A stretch of 64,000 bases of DNA from Ignavibacteriota bacterium (GCA_963727825.1 CAVSHO010000013.1:8040-72039), one strand, 5' to 3'. Numbered from the stretch's first letter, positions 21,848-33,435 are shown. Notes: generated from the sequence alone by a model not told the origin. Made by a program: numbers and translations.

Positions 21848-22839
21848 GTATTATACATTCGTCCGATCATTCACTCGATTCAATTCGTGAACCAGTTGAG
21901 GAAGAACTAAAGATATTTGATAGCGTTTTTAGAGATTCAATGCGTTCTCAAGTCGCGCTTATGGACGTCGTCACGCGTTATATCCTGCGACAAAAAGGGA
22001 AACGCGTTCGGCCTTTATTAGTTATGCTTAGTGCAAAATTATGTGGTGAAGTTAACGATAGTACATACCGAGCTGCAACACTTATTGAGCTTCTACATAC
22101 CGCTACACTCGTTCACGATGATGTAGTTGATGATGCCGATACGCGTCGCGGATTTGCGTCCATCAATGCCGTCTGGAAAAATAAAGTCGCTGTGTTGATG
22201 GGTGATTATCTCCTTTCACGTGGTTTATTGTTATCCTTGCAATACAATGATCATTATTTTTTGAATTCAACAGCAGATGCGGTAAAACGGATGAGTGAAG
22301 GAGAATTACTTCAGATTCAAAAGAGCCGCCAGCTCAATATCGATGAGAAAACATATATCAAAATCATTAGCGATAAAACAGGTTCACTTTTTTCAGCGTG
22401 TACAGATATTGGCGCGGCAAGTACGACACAAGATCAGGAAAAAAGAAATTTACTAAAAGCTTATGGAGAAAATATCGGTTTAGCATTTCAGATACGAGAT
22501 GATTTATTAGATTATCTTGGACGAAAAAGCATATTAGGAAAATCCACCGGCAGTGACATTAAAGAAAAGAAACTTACGCTCCCGCTCATCTTTGCGCTTC
22601 AAAACAGCAATAGACACGAAGCAACGCAAGCATTACGATATATTAAGAAAGGCGCTCGGCAAAAAGAAATTGCATGGGTATTAGACTTCGTTCGTAAAAA
22701 TGGCGGTATCGAGTATTCATTACAGAAAGCAGAAGAATATTCTGCGCTTGCGATTGATTCACTCGTTTCCTTCCCCGATTCTTCAATTAAACAGTCACTT
22801 CTTCAATTTGCAGGTTTTGTTCTAGAGAGAAATAATTAG
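21844..22839 (+). CDS. Long-chain polyprenyl diphosphate synthase
   Basis: GKRVRP, LVHDDVVD..RRG, FQIRDDLLD; ATG 21844 overlaps the tatC stop. Confidence 0.9.
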   Translation: MSIIHSSDHSLDSIREPVEEELKIFDSVFRDSMRSQVALMDVVTRYILRQKGKRVRPLLVMLSAKLCGEVNDSTYRAATLIELLHTATLVHDDVVDDADTRRGFASINAVWKNKVAVLMGDYLLSRGLLLSLQYNDHYFLNSTADAVKRMSEGELLQIQKSRQLNIDEKTYIKIISDKTGSLFSACTDIGAASTTQDQEKRNLLKAYGENIGLAFQIRDDLLDYLGRKSILGKSTGSDIKEKKLTLPLIFALQNSNRHEATQALRYIKKGARQKEIAWVLDFVRKNGGIEYSLQKAEEYSALAIDSLVSFPDSSIKQSLLQFAGFVLERNN

Positions 22840-22911
22840 CATTTACGTCTGCTGCTATTTGCATTAAATGAAGAGATATTTCTCTTTTTTTTTCCCAGTT
22901 GTATTCTTTTG

Positions 22912-23355
22912 TTATTTAGACGATTGATTAACCAGCAACCAGTAAAGCACGAGATGACTCATCGCTTCTATGAATTTATTGAAGTCTACTGGCTTCACTA
23001 CATAGCTATTGGCTCCATATTCATAGGCAGTCTTGATATCCAAATCTTGTGCTGACGAAGTAACTATTACAACCGGAATCATCTTCGTCTTTTCATCTGA
23101 TTTGATTGCCTTGAGTACCTCGAGACCATTGACCTTAGACAATTTCAAATCGAGCAATATCACTTTCGGGTAATTGGTAATCACACGATCAGCGTACTTC
23201 CCTCTGCAAAGAATAAAGTCTAGAGTTTCCGCCCCATCCTCAATAACTTTAAGCTTGTTGGTAATATTGTGTTTATTTAGAGCTCGGATTGTTAACTCCG
23301 TGTCCCTGGGGTTATCCTCTACCAATAAGATATCTACTTCATTTTGATCATTCAA
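22912..23355 (-). CDS. Single-domain response regulator (Rcp1/CheY-like)
   Basis: ILLVEDN, ILLDLKL, IPVVIVTSS, GANSYVVKP; TTG start after AAAGGGAG. Confidence 0.85.
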   Translation of the reverse strand: MNDQNEVDILLVEDNPRDTELTIRALNKHNITNKLKVIEDGAETLDFILCRGKYADRVITNYPKVILLDLKLSKVNGLEVLKAIKSDEKTKMIPVVIVTSSAQDLDIKTAYEYGANSYVVKPVDFNKFIEAMSHLVLYWLLVNQSSK

Positions 23356-23826
23356 TGCGGGCTCCCTTTTTACATAGCCACAAAGTAATTTAAACCATCT
23401 TTTAGTTTTAATAAAAGTATTTAATGTGTGCGGTCAACTATATCCAGTCTATATCAATATAGAATTTCTTTTTAACTGTGGCAAACAAAATGAGTTGTAT
23501 TATTATAATTTAGTAAAAATATTTTCTGCATCAGTGATACAGAGTACAGAATTCCTTTTTATTTTTTATCAGCGAACAATTCGGTACTTTGATGATGACG
23601 CCGACAGATTTACCGAGAAGTTTTTTAAACTTCATATAGGATTATTCTGATAGTGACAGTTGTAAGTTATAAGATGTTTCACTAAGTCGTTAAAAAAATG
23701 GTAGGCAAATTCTCATTTCGAGAAACTAATTCCCAAAGTGGTAAGTGATGATGCAGGTTTTCTATTTGTTCGTTGAATAGTTAACTCAAACTGAACCTTT
23801 TCCAATGTACTTTTTGAGTTAGTCCC

Positions 23827-24357
23827 TTAGACTTTCACAAACTCATGCTCACCGGATCTCACTACGAGCACTGGGCAAGGGGCTTTCCGCACAACTTTTT
23901 CAGCCGTACTGCCGAAAAGAATATGCTCCATGCCTGAATGTCCGTGAGTGGCAATGATAATGAGATTAATGTTTTCTTCCAAAGCGTACTGGTTAATCTC
24001 GTAAAATGGTTTTCCTGTCCGAACAATTTTACGTGAAACCACTTTATCGGTAATCTCTTTTTTTATTAGGTTTTCTAATTCATCACTTCCGCGCTTGCGC
24101 AGTTCCTCTTCAACGTTCGGAAATCCAATTTGTCCAAAACTAAAATCAGCGGGGTATATTGTAGGTTCTACAACGTAAATGAGGTCGATGGATGCTTTAA
24201 ATTTCTGTGCGAAGGGTAGCGCATATTTCAAAGCATTCTTTGAATGCTCTGAAAAATCAATAGGCACGAGAATACGCTGAATGCCAATTGATAATTTCTG
24301 AGCAGGTTTAACTTTGCGTGCTTGGATTTTCCTCTTTGGCTGGATTATTTTTGACAT
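23827..24357 (-). CDS. Universal stress protein (UspA family)
   Basis: ILVPIDFS, IIATHGHSG..HILFGSTAEKVVRKAPCPVLVV. Confidence 0.92.
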   Translation of the reverse strand: MSKIIQPKRKIQARKVKPAQKLSIGIQRILVPIDFSEHSKNALKYALPFAQKFKASIDLIYVVEPTIYPADFSFGQIGFPNVEEELRKRGSDELENLIKKEITDKVVSRKIVRTGKPFYEINQYALEENINLIIIATHGHSGMEHILFGSTAEKVVRKAPCPVLVVRSGEHEFVKV

Positions 24358-24916
24358 AGGAATCCCTTTCGTCTCGTGTTTGAAGTCTCTCTAATTGACT
24401 CTTCACTTTTGAAAGTTCTTTGTCTGTCTGGCGTAATCTCTGCGCAACAATTTCTGCCAACTTTAGTACAATTTTTATGCCTAATGTATTTTTTTTATCG
24501 ATCAGTTCAAAGAGATCCGGACGAAAAAAACCAATCAGCGTACAATCAGTCTTACAGATAGCATTTGCAGAGCGCGACGATTCATCTAATAGTGCAAGTT
24601 CGCCGAAGAAATCTCCGTCTCCAAGCAACGCAAGTTCTTGTTCATTTCCATCTTTCCCTAAGATCGCGATAGACACTTCTCCATCCTCGACAATATACAT
24701 TCCAAGCCCCGGATCACCTTGATAGAATACTGGCTCACCCGCACGATATTCGCGCTTGTGAACAATTGCCGATACTTCCTTCAAATCACGTGGAGCAAGA
24801 TTGGCAAATGCAGGAACCTTGCTTAAGATTTCTTCCGTCGTACCTTCCCGGATAACACGCTGGGAAAAAATATTTTTCCATATTGCGCTATCAGAATCAG
24901 ATTTTGATGGTGCCAT
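24308..24916 (-). CDS. Cyclic nucleotide-binding domain protein
   Basis: VFYQGDPG..MYIV..G.V, FFGELALLD...RSA. Confidence 0.88.
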   Translation of the reverse strand: MAPSKSDSDSAIWKNIFSQRVIREGTTEEILSKVPAFANLAPRDLKEVSAIVHKREYRAGEPVFYQGDPGLGMYIVEDGEVSIAILGKDGNEQELALLGDGDFFGELALLDESSRSANAICKTDCTLIGFFRPDLFELIDKKNTLGIKIVLKLAEIVAQRLRQTDKELSKVKSQLERLQTRDERDSYVKNNPAKEENPSTQS

Positions 24917-24936
24917 TGCTGTTACTCCAGTTTCGT

Positions 24937-25857
24937 TTATCGAACGGGCGTCAACCAGTTATGTTTGTCTTTTCCACTTTGAATGATTTTAAAAAATTCT
25001 TTTTGAAGTCTCTTCGTAACTGGTCCCGCATGTCCTGCTCCGACAACGATTTTATCAATAGAACGGATCGGCGTTATCTCTGCTGCCGTCCCGCTGAAGA
25101 AGACTTCATCGGCAATATACAGCATCTCTCTCGGAATTGCCATCTCACTCACCGTATAGCCAACTTCTTTTGCCAATGTGATAACAGAATCGCGCGTAAT
25201 GCCAGGCAAAATTGATGAAGCAAATGGAGGCGTATAGATCATATTATCACGAATCAAAAATATATTTTCACCGCTTCCTTCACTTACAGTTCCATTAATA
25301 TCGAGAGCAATGCCTTCGACATAACCGTTCGCGAGTGCTTCCAATTTAATTGATTGCGAGTTCAAATAATTGCCGCTGGATTTAGCCATTGTTGCAAATG
25401 TATTTGGAGCTGGACGTCGCCACGTAGAAATACAAACATCTATTCCCTTTTCTAAAGCTTCTGACCCCAGATATGCGCCCCATTCCCAAACTGCAATTGC
25501 AACGTCCACTGGACAGCCTAATGGATTCACGCCGACGTCACCGTATCCTCGGTACACAATCGGCCGTATATAGCATGCTTTGAGTTTGTTCGCAAGAATG
25601 GTTTTTTTAATCGCTTCCGTTAATTCCTCGATTGTATAAGGAACTTCTGTCCGATAAATTTTTGCGGAATCAAATAATCGGCGAAGGTGTGCATCAAGAC
25701 GGAATATTGCTGGTCCCCTTTTTGTATTATAACACCGAATTCCTTCAAACCAACTAGAAGCATAATGCACAACGTGAGAGAGCACATGAATCTTTGCATC
25801 ATCCCAATTGACGAATGTTCCATTCATCCATATTTTATCAACTTTATTAACTGGCAT
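24937..25857 (-). CDS. ilvE: Branched-chain amino acid aminotransferase
   Basis: HY...[41 protein letters not shown]. Confidence 0.95.
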   Translation of the reverse strand: MPVNKVDKIWMNGTFVNWDDAKIHVLSHVVHYASSWFEGIRCYNTKRGPAIFRLDAHLRRLFDSAKIYRTEVPYTIEELTEAIKKTILANKLKACYIRPIVYRGYGDVGVNPLGCPVDVAIAVWEWGAYLGSEALEKGIDVCISTWRRPAPNTFATMAKSSGNYLNSQSIKLEALANGYVEGIALDINGTVSEGSGENIFLIRDNMIYTPPFASSILPGITRDSVITLAKEVGYTVSEMAIPREMLYIADEVFFSGTAAEITPIRSIDKIVVGAGHAGPVTKRLQKEFFKIIQSGKDKHNWLTPVR

Positions 25858-25901
25858 ATTATTCCCGATTTGTTTTGTTTAGTTATCAGTTGTCATTGAT
25901 T

Positions 25902-27020
25902 CTACAAATTCAATTCATAAATCCGATATCGTTTGTTAATTACGCCTTGCATCGCTTCTGCTGATTTATTCATCCGTTCGTTATCTTCAAGAATCCAACT
26001 CGCTTCGCCATATCCATATCCGAGCTTCTTTGCATTAATAGCAGTCTCATAAAACAATGCACCGCCTGCTCCTGTACTAAGATACTCCGGTAAAACTCCT
26101 AAGGTGATAACACGCACTAAATCGATTTCCTTTTTCTTAGTTAGAAGATGATATAGACCGGGGAGGGTGTAACCATTCTTATTATGCTTCAGCGGGATAT
26201 TAATATCCGGCAGTGACAGTGAAAACCCGATAGTCTTACTGTCCTTCTCAGCAAAAATGACGAGTTCCGGAACAATAATCATCTTCAGATCTGCAGCAAG
26301 TGCATCGAATTCTTCGTTCGTCATTGGAACAGCGCCCCAATTTTTTGCCCATGCTCTATTGTATACCTCTTTCACTCTCTCAACTTCTTCTTTGAATTTC
26401 TTATTGTTAAAGGTCCTAAAAGTAAGATTATGCCGCTTCTTAACAAGCTCATGAGCTCTATTAAATCGATCCGTATATACTTTTTTCTGATCCAGTAAAT
26501 ACGCATAAAGATCCTTAACTTTTCTAAAACCGTATTTTTCAATCAATTCGACATAATACGGTGGATTGTAAGTCATCATCACGGTCGGACTAAGATCGAA
26601 TCCTTCTATGAGTAATCCAATTTCGTCATTCACAGACGGATTAAAAGGCCCGCGCATGGCCGTTACGCCATGAGCGCATAAATATTCCTTAGCTTTATCG
26701 AAAAGCGCATTTGCTACCGTTTGATCATTGATGCATTCAAAAAAACCAAAGAATCCGATATTTTCGTCGTGCTCTTTGTTGTGATTATGATTAACGATAG
26801 CGCCGATTCTGCCAATCACTTCACCTTCGTGTTCGGCGAGATAAAATTCCGCATCGCTGTGTTTATAAAATGGATTCTTTTCTCGATCCATCAACTTTTT
26901 TCGATCCATCATCAACGGAGGAACCCATGCAGGATAATCTTTATAAATCTTCCAGAGAAATCGGATAAATGAATTCACATCTTGTCTTGAAGAAATAGAT
27001 CTTATTATTAATCCATCCAT
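25902..27020 (-). CDS. GNAT-fold protein, probable bacterial ceramide synthase (bCerS)
   Basis: WVPPL, NPFY.H, GRIGA, GFFGFFEC, GPFNPS...GLLIEGF, YNPPYY, SWILEDN; directly downstream of spt. Confidence 0.7.
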   Translation of the reverse strand: MDGLIIRSISSRQDVNSFIRFLWKIYKDYPAWVPPLMMDRKKLMDREKNPFYKHSDAEFYLAEHEGEVIGRIGAIVNHNHNKEHDENIGFFGFFECINDQTVANALFDKAKEYLCAHGVTAMRGPFNPSVNDEIGLLIEGFDLSPTVMMTYNPPYYVELIEKYGFRKVKDLYAYLLDQKKVYTDRFNRAHELVKKRHNLTFRTFNNKKFKEEVERVKEVYNRAWAKNWGAVPMTNEEFDALAADLKMIIVPELVIFAEKDSKTIGFSLSLPDINIPLKHNKNGYTLPGLYHLLTKKKEIDLVRVITLGVLPEYLSTGAGGALFYETAINAKKLGYGYGEASWILEDNERMNKSAEAMQGVINKRYRIYELNL

Positions 27021-27114
27021 TTAGAACCTCCTAAAAAAAACAGGACAAAATAAAACCGCAGTTTGGTTGCAACCGCGGCTTGTATTCCACTATTGTTTAA
27101 AAACGTACAATATT

Positions 27115-28329
27115 TTAGCTAATGACAGCAAACTTTTTGCCGACTTTCGTAAACACTTCTAGAATTCTATCGAGATGCTTTTTCTCGTGCGTTGCCATAT
27201 AACTTGTTCGAAGCATTTCCATTCCCGGAGGTACACCAGGACGAATGAATGCATTCACGAACACCCCTTCTTCAAAGAGCATTTTCCACATCAGCAAAAC
27301 TTTTTCTGTATCGCCAATAATAACAGAGACAACAGCTGTATCGTGTTCGCTTACACGATATCCCAATGCTTTTAATCCAGCGCGCATTGTACGAGCATTA
27401 GACATCAATTTAGTTACACGCTCAGGTTCAGCTTCGAGAATATCAAGCACGGCTAACACTGATGCCACCGATGCAGGTGTTGGACTTGCACTGAAAATTA
27501 GAGCTGGCGCGCTGTGTTTCAGATAATCAATTACCTTAGATTCACTAACAACAAATCCTCCCAGTGATGCAAATGTTTTACTGAAGGTTCCCATCGTTAG
27601 ATCGGTTTCCTTTTCAAGGCCGTAATGGCTTGCCGTTCCTCGTCCACCTTTGCCAATTACACCAACAGCGTGGGCATCGTCAATTAATACACGTGCATTA
27701 TGCTTGCGAGCAACTTTCACCATATCCGGCAGATTGACAATTTCGCCAGATGTGCTAAAAACACCATCACTCACTATAAGTTTTGCAGATTCGGCTGGCA
27801 GTTGTGAGAGCACATGTTCTAAATGTGCCATATCATTATGCTTGTATCGAACCACAGAGTTGCTTTCTTTTGAATCATAGGATGCCATACCTGCCGCAAC
27901 AAGAGTACCGGCAACAAGACTGGCGTGATTATCTTTATCTGAAACGACATAATCACCGCGTCCCACGAGTGTCGGAATGATTCCTTGTCCTGTTTGATAT
28001 CCAGTGCTGAAAAGCAAGCATGCTTCTTTACCCATAAACTTCGCAAGTCGATGCTCCAATTCGACATGCAAATCAAGTGTACCCGTTAAATATCTTGAAC
28101 CGGAACATCCGGTGCCGTACTTTTTCACTGCTGCAATTGCCGCTTCTTTCACTTTGGGATGCGTCGTCAATCCGAGGTAGTTGTTAGATCCAGCCATGAT
28201 CACTTTACGACCTTCTATTTGAACAACAGGGCCTTCACTTTCTTCGATCGCATGAAAATATGGATAACAGCCTAATGCTTTTACTTCATCTGCACGCGTA
28301 AAATTCCAACACTTTTCAAAAAGATCCAA
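27115..28329 (-). CDS. spt: Alpha-oxoamine synthase, probable serine palmitoyltransferase
   Basis: [52 protein letters not shown] (PLP lysine); neighbours bCerS-like and CerR-like genes. Confidence 0.75.
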   Translation of the reverse strand: MDLFEKCWNFTRADEVKALGCYPYFHAIEESEGPVVQIEGRKVIMAGSNNYLGLTTHPKVKEAAIAAVKKYGTGCSGSRYLTGTLDLHVELEHRLAKFMGKEACLLFSTGYQTGQGIIPTLVGRGDYVVSDKDNHASLVAGTLVAAGMASYDSKESNSVVRYKHNDMAHLEHVLSQLPAESAKLIVSDGVFSTSGEIVNLPDMVKVARKHNARVLIDDAHAVGVIGKGGRGTASHYGLEKETDLTMGTFSKTFASLGGFVVSESKVIDYLKHSAPALIFSASPTPASVASVLAVLDILEAEPERVTKLMSNARTMRAGLKALGYRVSEHDTAVVSVIIGDTEKVLLMWKMLFEEGVFVNAFIRPGVPPGMEMLRTSYMATHEKKHLDRILEVFTKVGKKFAVIS

Positions 28330-28396
28330 TGAATTCTCCTAGAAAATAGTAAATGATTACAAAAAGAAGCATTTTTTGCTTCTTTGCACTTTTTTG

Positions 28397-28425
28397 AATA
28401 TAGTTTAATATGAAAAGAAAGTCAA
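28397..28425 (-). promoter_or_regulatory. sigma70-type promoter for spt
   Basis: Minus strand TTGACT - 17 nt - TATATT. Confidence 0.55.
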
Positions 28426-28452
28426 TGAACACTATGTTTCGAGGAGTAAACG

Positions 28453-29436
28453 ATTAACACTATTCTTGTTACCGGAGGAACCGGTTTTATTGGAAGCCAC
28501 ACAGTTGAGCAATTGCTTGCGGAAGGATTTCACGTCCGGTGTCTCATACGTCCGCATCAGACAAGTTTGAGATGGCTTCAGGACCTGCCTGTTGATCTGG
28601 TTGAATGCGATCTATTGAATTCCGCATCGATTTTAAAAAGTATTGAGGATGCAGAATATATAATTCACATCGCAGGGGTTACTAAGGCCAAACGCCAAAG
28701 TGAATTCTTTACCGGGAATGTTACAACGACTAATAATCTTCTTTCAGCTGCAAGTCATTTGAAGCATCTGAAGAAATTCTGTTATATCAGCAGTTTAACT
28801 GCTGTAGGACCTAGTCCATCAGGCATCCCGTTGGACGAAACGGCATATTGTCGTCCTATCACTGAGTATGCAAAATCAAAGTTAGAAGCTGAACGTATCT
28901 GTAAGCAATATTCGGAAAAACTGCAAATTGTTGTTATCCGGCCTCCTGCCGTTTTCGGACCTCGCGATTCGGATACTTTGGAAATATTCAAATGGGTTAA
29001 CCTCGGATTGAAGCCTGTGCTCGGTTCATCTGAAAAAACACTTAGCCTGGTCTATGCGCCTGACCTGGCAAAGGGAATTATCCGTGCTACATTAGATGAG
29101 AGAACCTCCGGCGAAACATACAATATCGCTGATCCCACAATTTTTACTTTCTCTTCTATGATCGACAATCTCGCTGCCATTATTCATAGAAGGACAATTC
29201 AGATATATCTCCCAAAAGGATTAGTATATTCTATGGCAGGCATTGCTCAATTTGTGTCTTTTTTTGGCGAGAGACCTGCCGTATTAAATATTGAAAAGGC
29301 TCGTGACCTTCTGCAAAAACATTGGGTTTGTGATACACGAAAAATTTATGAGCACATCGGATTTCAAACATCAACATCCATTTATGATGGAATGAATAAA
29401 ACTTTCCAATGGTATAAAGACAAGGGTTGGCTGTGA
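28453..29436 (+). CDS. NAD-dependent epimerase/dehydratase, probable ceramide reductase (CerR-like)
   Basis: Frame extends upstream of the ORF-track start to include ILVTGGTGFIGSH; YAKSK (YxxxK); RPPAVFGPRD; in-frame TAA at 28447 leaves ATT 28453 as apparent start. Confidence 0.7.
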   Translation: MNTILVTGGTGFIGSHTVEQLLAEGFHVRCLIRPHQTSLRWLQDLPVDLVECDLLNSASILKSIEDAEYIIHIAGVTKAKRQSEFFTGNVTTTNNLLSAASHLKHLKKFCYISSLTAVGPSPSGIPLDETAYCRPITEYAKSKLEAERICKQYSEKLQIVVIRPPAVFGPRDSDTLEIFKWVNLGLKPVLGSSEKTLSLVYAPDLAKGIIRATLDERTSGETYNIADPTIFTFSSMIDNLAAIIHRRTIQIYLPKGLVYSMAGIAQFVSFFGERPAVLNIEKARDLLQKHWVCDTRKIYEHIGFQTSTSIYDGMNKTFQWYKDKGWL

Positions 29437-29528
29437 TATTTGAAATCTGTAAATTGTAAAAAGAATCAGGCAGAATGTGTCATTCCTTTGCATTGGATTA
29501 TAAATTGAAAGTCTATCAGTGCATAAAA

Positions 29529-31497
29529 ATGCATCTTAGAGTATTACTCTCAATGCTATTGACTATTTATATGGGAGGATATGCACAAACATCTATTTAT
29601 AGTTCTGAGCATCAGCAAGCATTAAATAATTTTTTCTATGAAAAGGCTCTTACACATCAGCAGCATACTTTCATGGAAACAGAAACAGCAGCAAGCACCT
29701 GGTTTGATGTAACGTATTACCGTCTCGCATTAGATATTTTTACTCAATCCAACTCGATTAAAGGAGATGTCACAATCACAGGAATCTGCAGAGACAGTGT
29801 AAATACACTTACCCTTGACCTTGTGAATCAAATGCATATAGATTCTGTGCTTGTGAACGGACAAATCCTGCCATTTACTCAAAAAATCGATTGGTTTGAT
29901 ATTTCACTCGATCGTTCTTATAAAATCGGACAAATTCTTTCTGTTGATGTTTTTTATGAAGGTATTCCCCTTTCAACAGGTTTTGGAAGTTTTGTATTCG
30001 ATTCTCACTTAGGCGTGCCCTGGGTCCACTCACTCAGTGAACCGTATGGAGCGAAAGACTGGTGGCCTTGTAAAAATGATCCGAGCGATAAAGCCGACTC
30101 CGCAGATATCATTATTTCTTGCGATTCGACTTTTAAAGTCGGCTCGGAAGGAATTCTTGTCTCTGTTATCAACAATGGTAATGGAAGATCTACCTACCAC
30201 TGGAAAGAGCGATACCCTATCGCTTCCTATCTAATTTCCATTGCGATCACTAACTATGTTCAATTCTCCAATTGGTTCCGATATTCCGCTACAGATTCTA
30301 TGGAAATATTGAATTACGTTCTTCCCGAACATGATTCGACTGCACTCCAGAATCTTCCGCTTGTGGTTAACATGCTGGCGATTTATTCAAACATGTTTGG
30401 ACTGTATCCATTTATTAAAGAAAAATATGGCCACGCGGAAATTAGCGGGGGTAGCTCAATGGAACATCAAACCATGACTTCTATTACATCATTTAAAGAA
30501 GATGTACTCTCGCATGAGCTTGCCCATCAATGGTTTGGAGATATGATAACATGCCGCACATGGTCGGATCTCTGGCTAAATGAAGGTTTTGCACAATACT
30601 GTTCGGCACTTTATCGTGAACGGCAGTACGGAATCAATTGGTACTGGACTTATATGAATACACAGATCGATCAGGCAAAGCTGTCACAAGGTGCGATTGG
30701 AATTGCCGACACATCTAGTGTCAGCAATCTTTTCAATTCAGCTAGAATATATTCGAAAGGGTCAGTTGTATTGCATATGCTTCGGCATGTTTTAGGGGAT
30801 AGCATCTTTTTCCTTTCACTATACACGTATGCCAATGATCCAGCTTTCAAATATTCGACTGCAACAATCAGGGATTTTCAATCTGTATGCGAAACAGTGT
30901 CGGAAAAAAGTCTTGCATTCTTCTTTCAAGAATGGCTTTATGGCGATAGATTTCCGGATTATAGTTATTCATGGAAATGGAGTTCCTTGGGCGACTCCTC
31001 TTTTATTATACTAACCATCACACAATCGACAATTGGAACTTCTCCAACATTTTATACTATGCCTATTGATATTAAAATTACCGCAGCAGGAGTGAATAAA
31101 ACATATACAGTATTTAACAATGCACAACTGCAGACTTTTACTATCGAGTGTCCTGTCAAACCATCTGCAGTGCTTCTAGATCCTGAGGGATGGATTTTGA
31201 AATATTCTCTTGATGAGAACGAGCTTCCTCCCTCTACCTACCTGTTGGAGCAAAATTATCCGAATCCATTCAACTCTTCAACAACTATTTCGTACCAGAT
31301 TCCAGAACGAAATCAAGTTGTTCTTAAGATATATGATATTCTCGGACGTGAAGTAGAGACACTTGTAGATACAAGACAATTTGCCGGATACTATGAGTAC
31401 CGATTGGCGTCCTCAAAATATGGCGAGTGGAATATATTTTTGCCGTTTGAATGCTGGGAGTGTACAGATGCAAAGAAAGATGGTGCTTCTTAAATGA
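29529..31497 (+). CDS. M1 family aminopeptidase with T9SS CTD; frameshift near 31403
   Basis: MEHQT, HELAHQWFGD...WLNEGFAQY, YSKG; QNYPNPFN then alternative frame NMASGIYFCRL...RKMVLLK-TGA(31497). Confidence 0.88.
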
Positions 31498-31515
31498 AAC
31501 CTTGTTCTTGACATG

Positions 31516-32520
31516 CTATAGAAATTGTTCAATAATCCAATAGGATCCTGCAGAGACAAGTGCTGAAGCTGGAATTGTAATAATCCACGCAATAATAATT
31601 TTTCCGGCAAGTCCCCACTTCACAGCGGACATACGTTTGGTTGCACCTACTCCCATAATTGCACCGGTAATAGTATGTGTAGTGCTAACTGCAATGCCGC
31701 TGAACGCAGTAATAAGCAATGTGAATGCACCGGCCGTTTCCGCACAAAACCCGCCCACAGGTTTTAATTTCGTTACCTTCTGCCCCATCGTTTTCACTAT
31801 ACGCCAGCCACCGAACATCGTGCCTATCGAAATAGCGGTATAGCATGGAATAATTACCCACCATTTAATTGGAAAATCATTCGGGCCTGTAGTTTGAATA
31901 AGTTGCGCATTGATAAGCATTATTGTTATGATACCCATCGTTTTCTGGGCATCGTTTGCACCATGTCCAAGACTATAGAAAGCCGCAGAAATAAGCTGCA
32001 ACTTTCTAAAAACACCATTGATTTTTGATGATGGATGTTTGTGAAATAGCCACATTAAAAGCATCATCATACCAAAACCCAATACCATCCCAAGCATAGG
32101 AGCAACAACAATAAAAATCAGTGTTTTTATCCAGCCGTTCCAGACGATGGAACCAAAACCAGCACGCATAATTGCTGCACCACCCAGACCACCCATTAAT
32201 GCATGCGAAGAACTAGAAGGAATACCAAAATACCAAGTTATAATGTTCCAAGATATCGCACCTATCAGTGCGGCTAAGATAACGTACTCATTAACTAAAT
32301 TTGGTGTAACAAGACCTTTGCCAATTGTCCTTGCAACATTGTGACCGGTAAAAAGAAATGCCGCAAGAAAATTAAAAAAAGCCGCCCACAAAACCGCTTT
32401 TCGTGGTGTAAGCACGCGTGTGGATACAATCGTTGCGATCGAATTTGCCGAATCATGAAATCCGTTGAGGAAATCAAAAATTAATGCAATAAAAACAATA
32501 ATAATAATAAGTGTTACCAT
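31516..32520 (-). CDS. Inorganic phosphate transporter (PiT family)
   Basis: NGFHDSANSIAT, PSSSSHAL, HGANDAQK, VSTTH. Confidence 0.93.
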   Translation of the reverse strand: MVTLIIIIVFIALIFDFLNGFHDSANSIATIVSTRVLTPRKAVLWAAFFNFLAAFLFTGHNVARTIGKGLVTPNLVNEYVILAALIGAISWNIITWYFGIPSSSSHALMGGLGGAAIMRAGFGSIVWNGWIKTLIFIVVAPMLGMVLGFGMMMLLMWLFHKHPSSKINGVFRKLQLISAAFYSLGHGANDAQKTMGIITIMLINAQLIQTTGPNDFPIKWWVIIPCYTAISIGTMFGGWRIVKTMGQKVTKLKPVGGFCAETAGAFTLLITAFSGIAVSTTHTITGAIMGVGATKRMSAVKWGLAGKIIIAWIITIPASALVSAGSYWIIEQFL

Positions 32521-32626
32521 AAAATAAAGGTCCGATCAGACCTGATTTTTAAAATATTTTCAATATTCATTATAGAATTTTGTATTGGAAGGTATAAGCA
32601 AGTTATTTAGATTTTTTTCAATAGCA

Positions 32627-33274
32627 TTAATTGTGCTTTATAAGGATACCTTCAAGAACATTGGCAGCATCCTCACATTTATCTGTTGCAGTTTCCAATC
32701 CAACGTATACTTCTTTTATTTTAATAATCTGCACCGGATCTTTTTCTTTGTCAAATAGATCTGCTACGGCATTATCGAAAATACCGTCTGCCTGATTTTC
32801 GTATTCATTCACTTTCGTGAATGATGCCTTGAGATTATCTATTTCATTTAATTTGCGCAGAAGATGAACTCCATTCTTTAATTCCGCCATCGAAAGTACC
32901 AGCACATCAATGAGTTGACCTACTGCTTTCGGAAAGCGTGTTATTTTGTAGAGTGCGAATCTGTTTGCGCATCCATCTATTTGATCAAGGATATCGTCCA
33001 ATGCCGAGGCAAGTTCATGAATATCTTCCCTGTCAATTGGAGTAACAAATGTCGAGTTAAGCTCCGAATATATTCTATGTGTTATCGAATCACCATCATG
33101 TTCGATATCTTTAATTCGCCTTGCGGCATCCTCACGCTGAATTTGTGTTTTACATAAAGGTAGAGTTTTTAATTCCACACCTGCTTTTATAAGGTTCTGC
33201 GCAGACTCTTCTAATAAATTATAAAAGTTTTCGTCATGAGGAAGCAGCATTTTCAAATATTTGTCAATTTTCAT
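32627..33274 (-). CDS. PiT accessory protein (DUF47/PhoU-like)
   Basis: EHDGD, TFVTPIDREDI, ENQAD, ETATDKCED; upstream of pit. Confidence 0.9.
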   Translation of the reverse strand: MKIDKYLKMLLPHDENFYNLLEESAQNLIKAGVELKTLPLCKTQIQREDAARRIKDIEHDGDSITHRIYSELNSTFVTPIDREDIHELASALDDILDQIDGCANRFALYKITRFPKAVGQLIDVLVLSMAELKNGVHLLRKLNEIDNLKASFTKVNEYENQADGIFDNAVADLFDKEKDPVQIIKIKEVYVGLETATDKCEDAANVLEGILIKHN

Positions 33275-33435
33275 ATTTATTCTTCATTTATTACTAAGTG
33301 ACATTTTTCTTTTTCTTTAATGCAGCCAGTAATTTATTATTAGACTATTTATAATTATGTGATAGTAAATAATTTTCCTATTAACATAGATAATGTGAAA
33401 AAGATCCTGTGAATAATTCTTGATTCTGTCTCTAA

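Noticed and set aside
23426-23650. 74-aa plus-strand ORF in the intergenic region
   Set aside because: No SD, no recognisable motif, composition typical of AT-rich noncoding DNA.
27045-27085. Hairpin between spt and the bCerS-like gene
   Set aside because: Imperfect stem with an interrupted U-tract; could be a weak terminator or stabiliser but support is insufficient.
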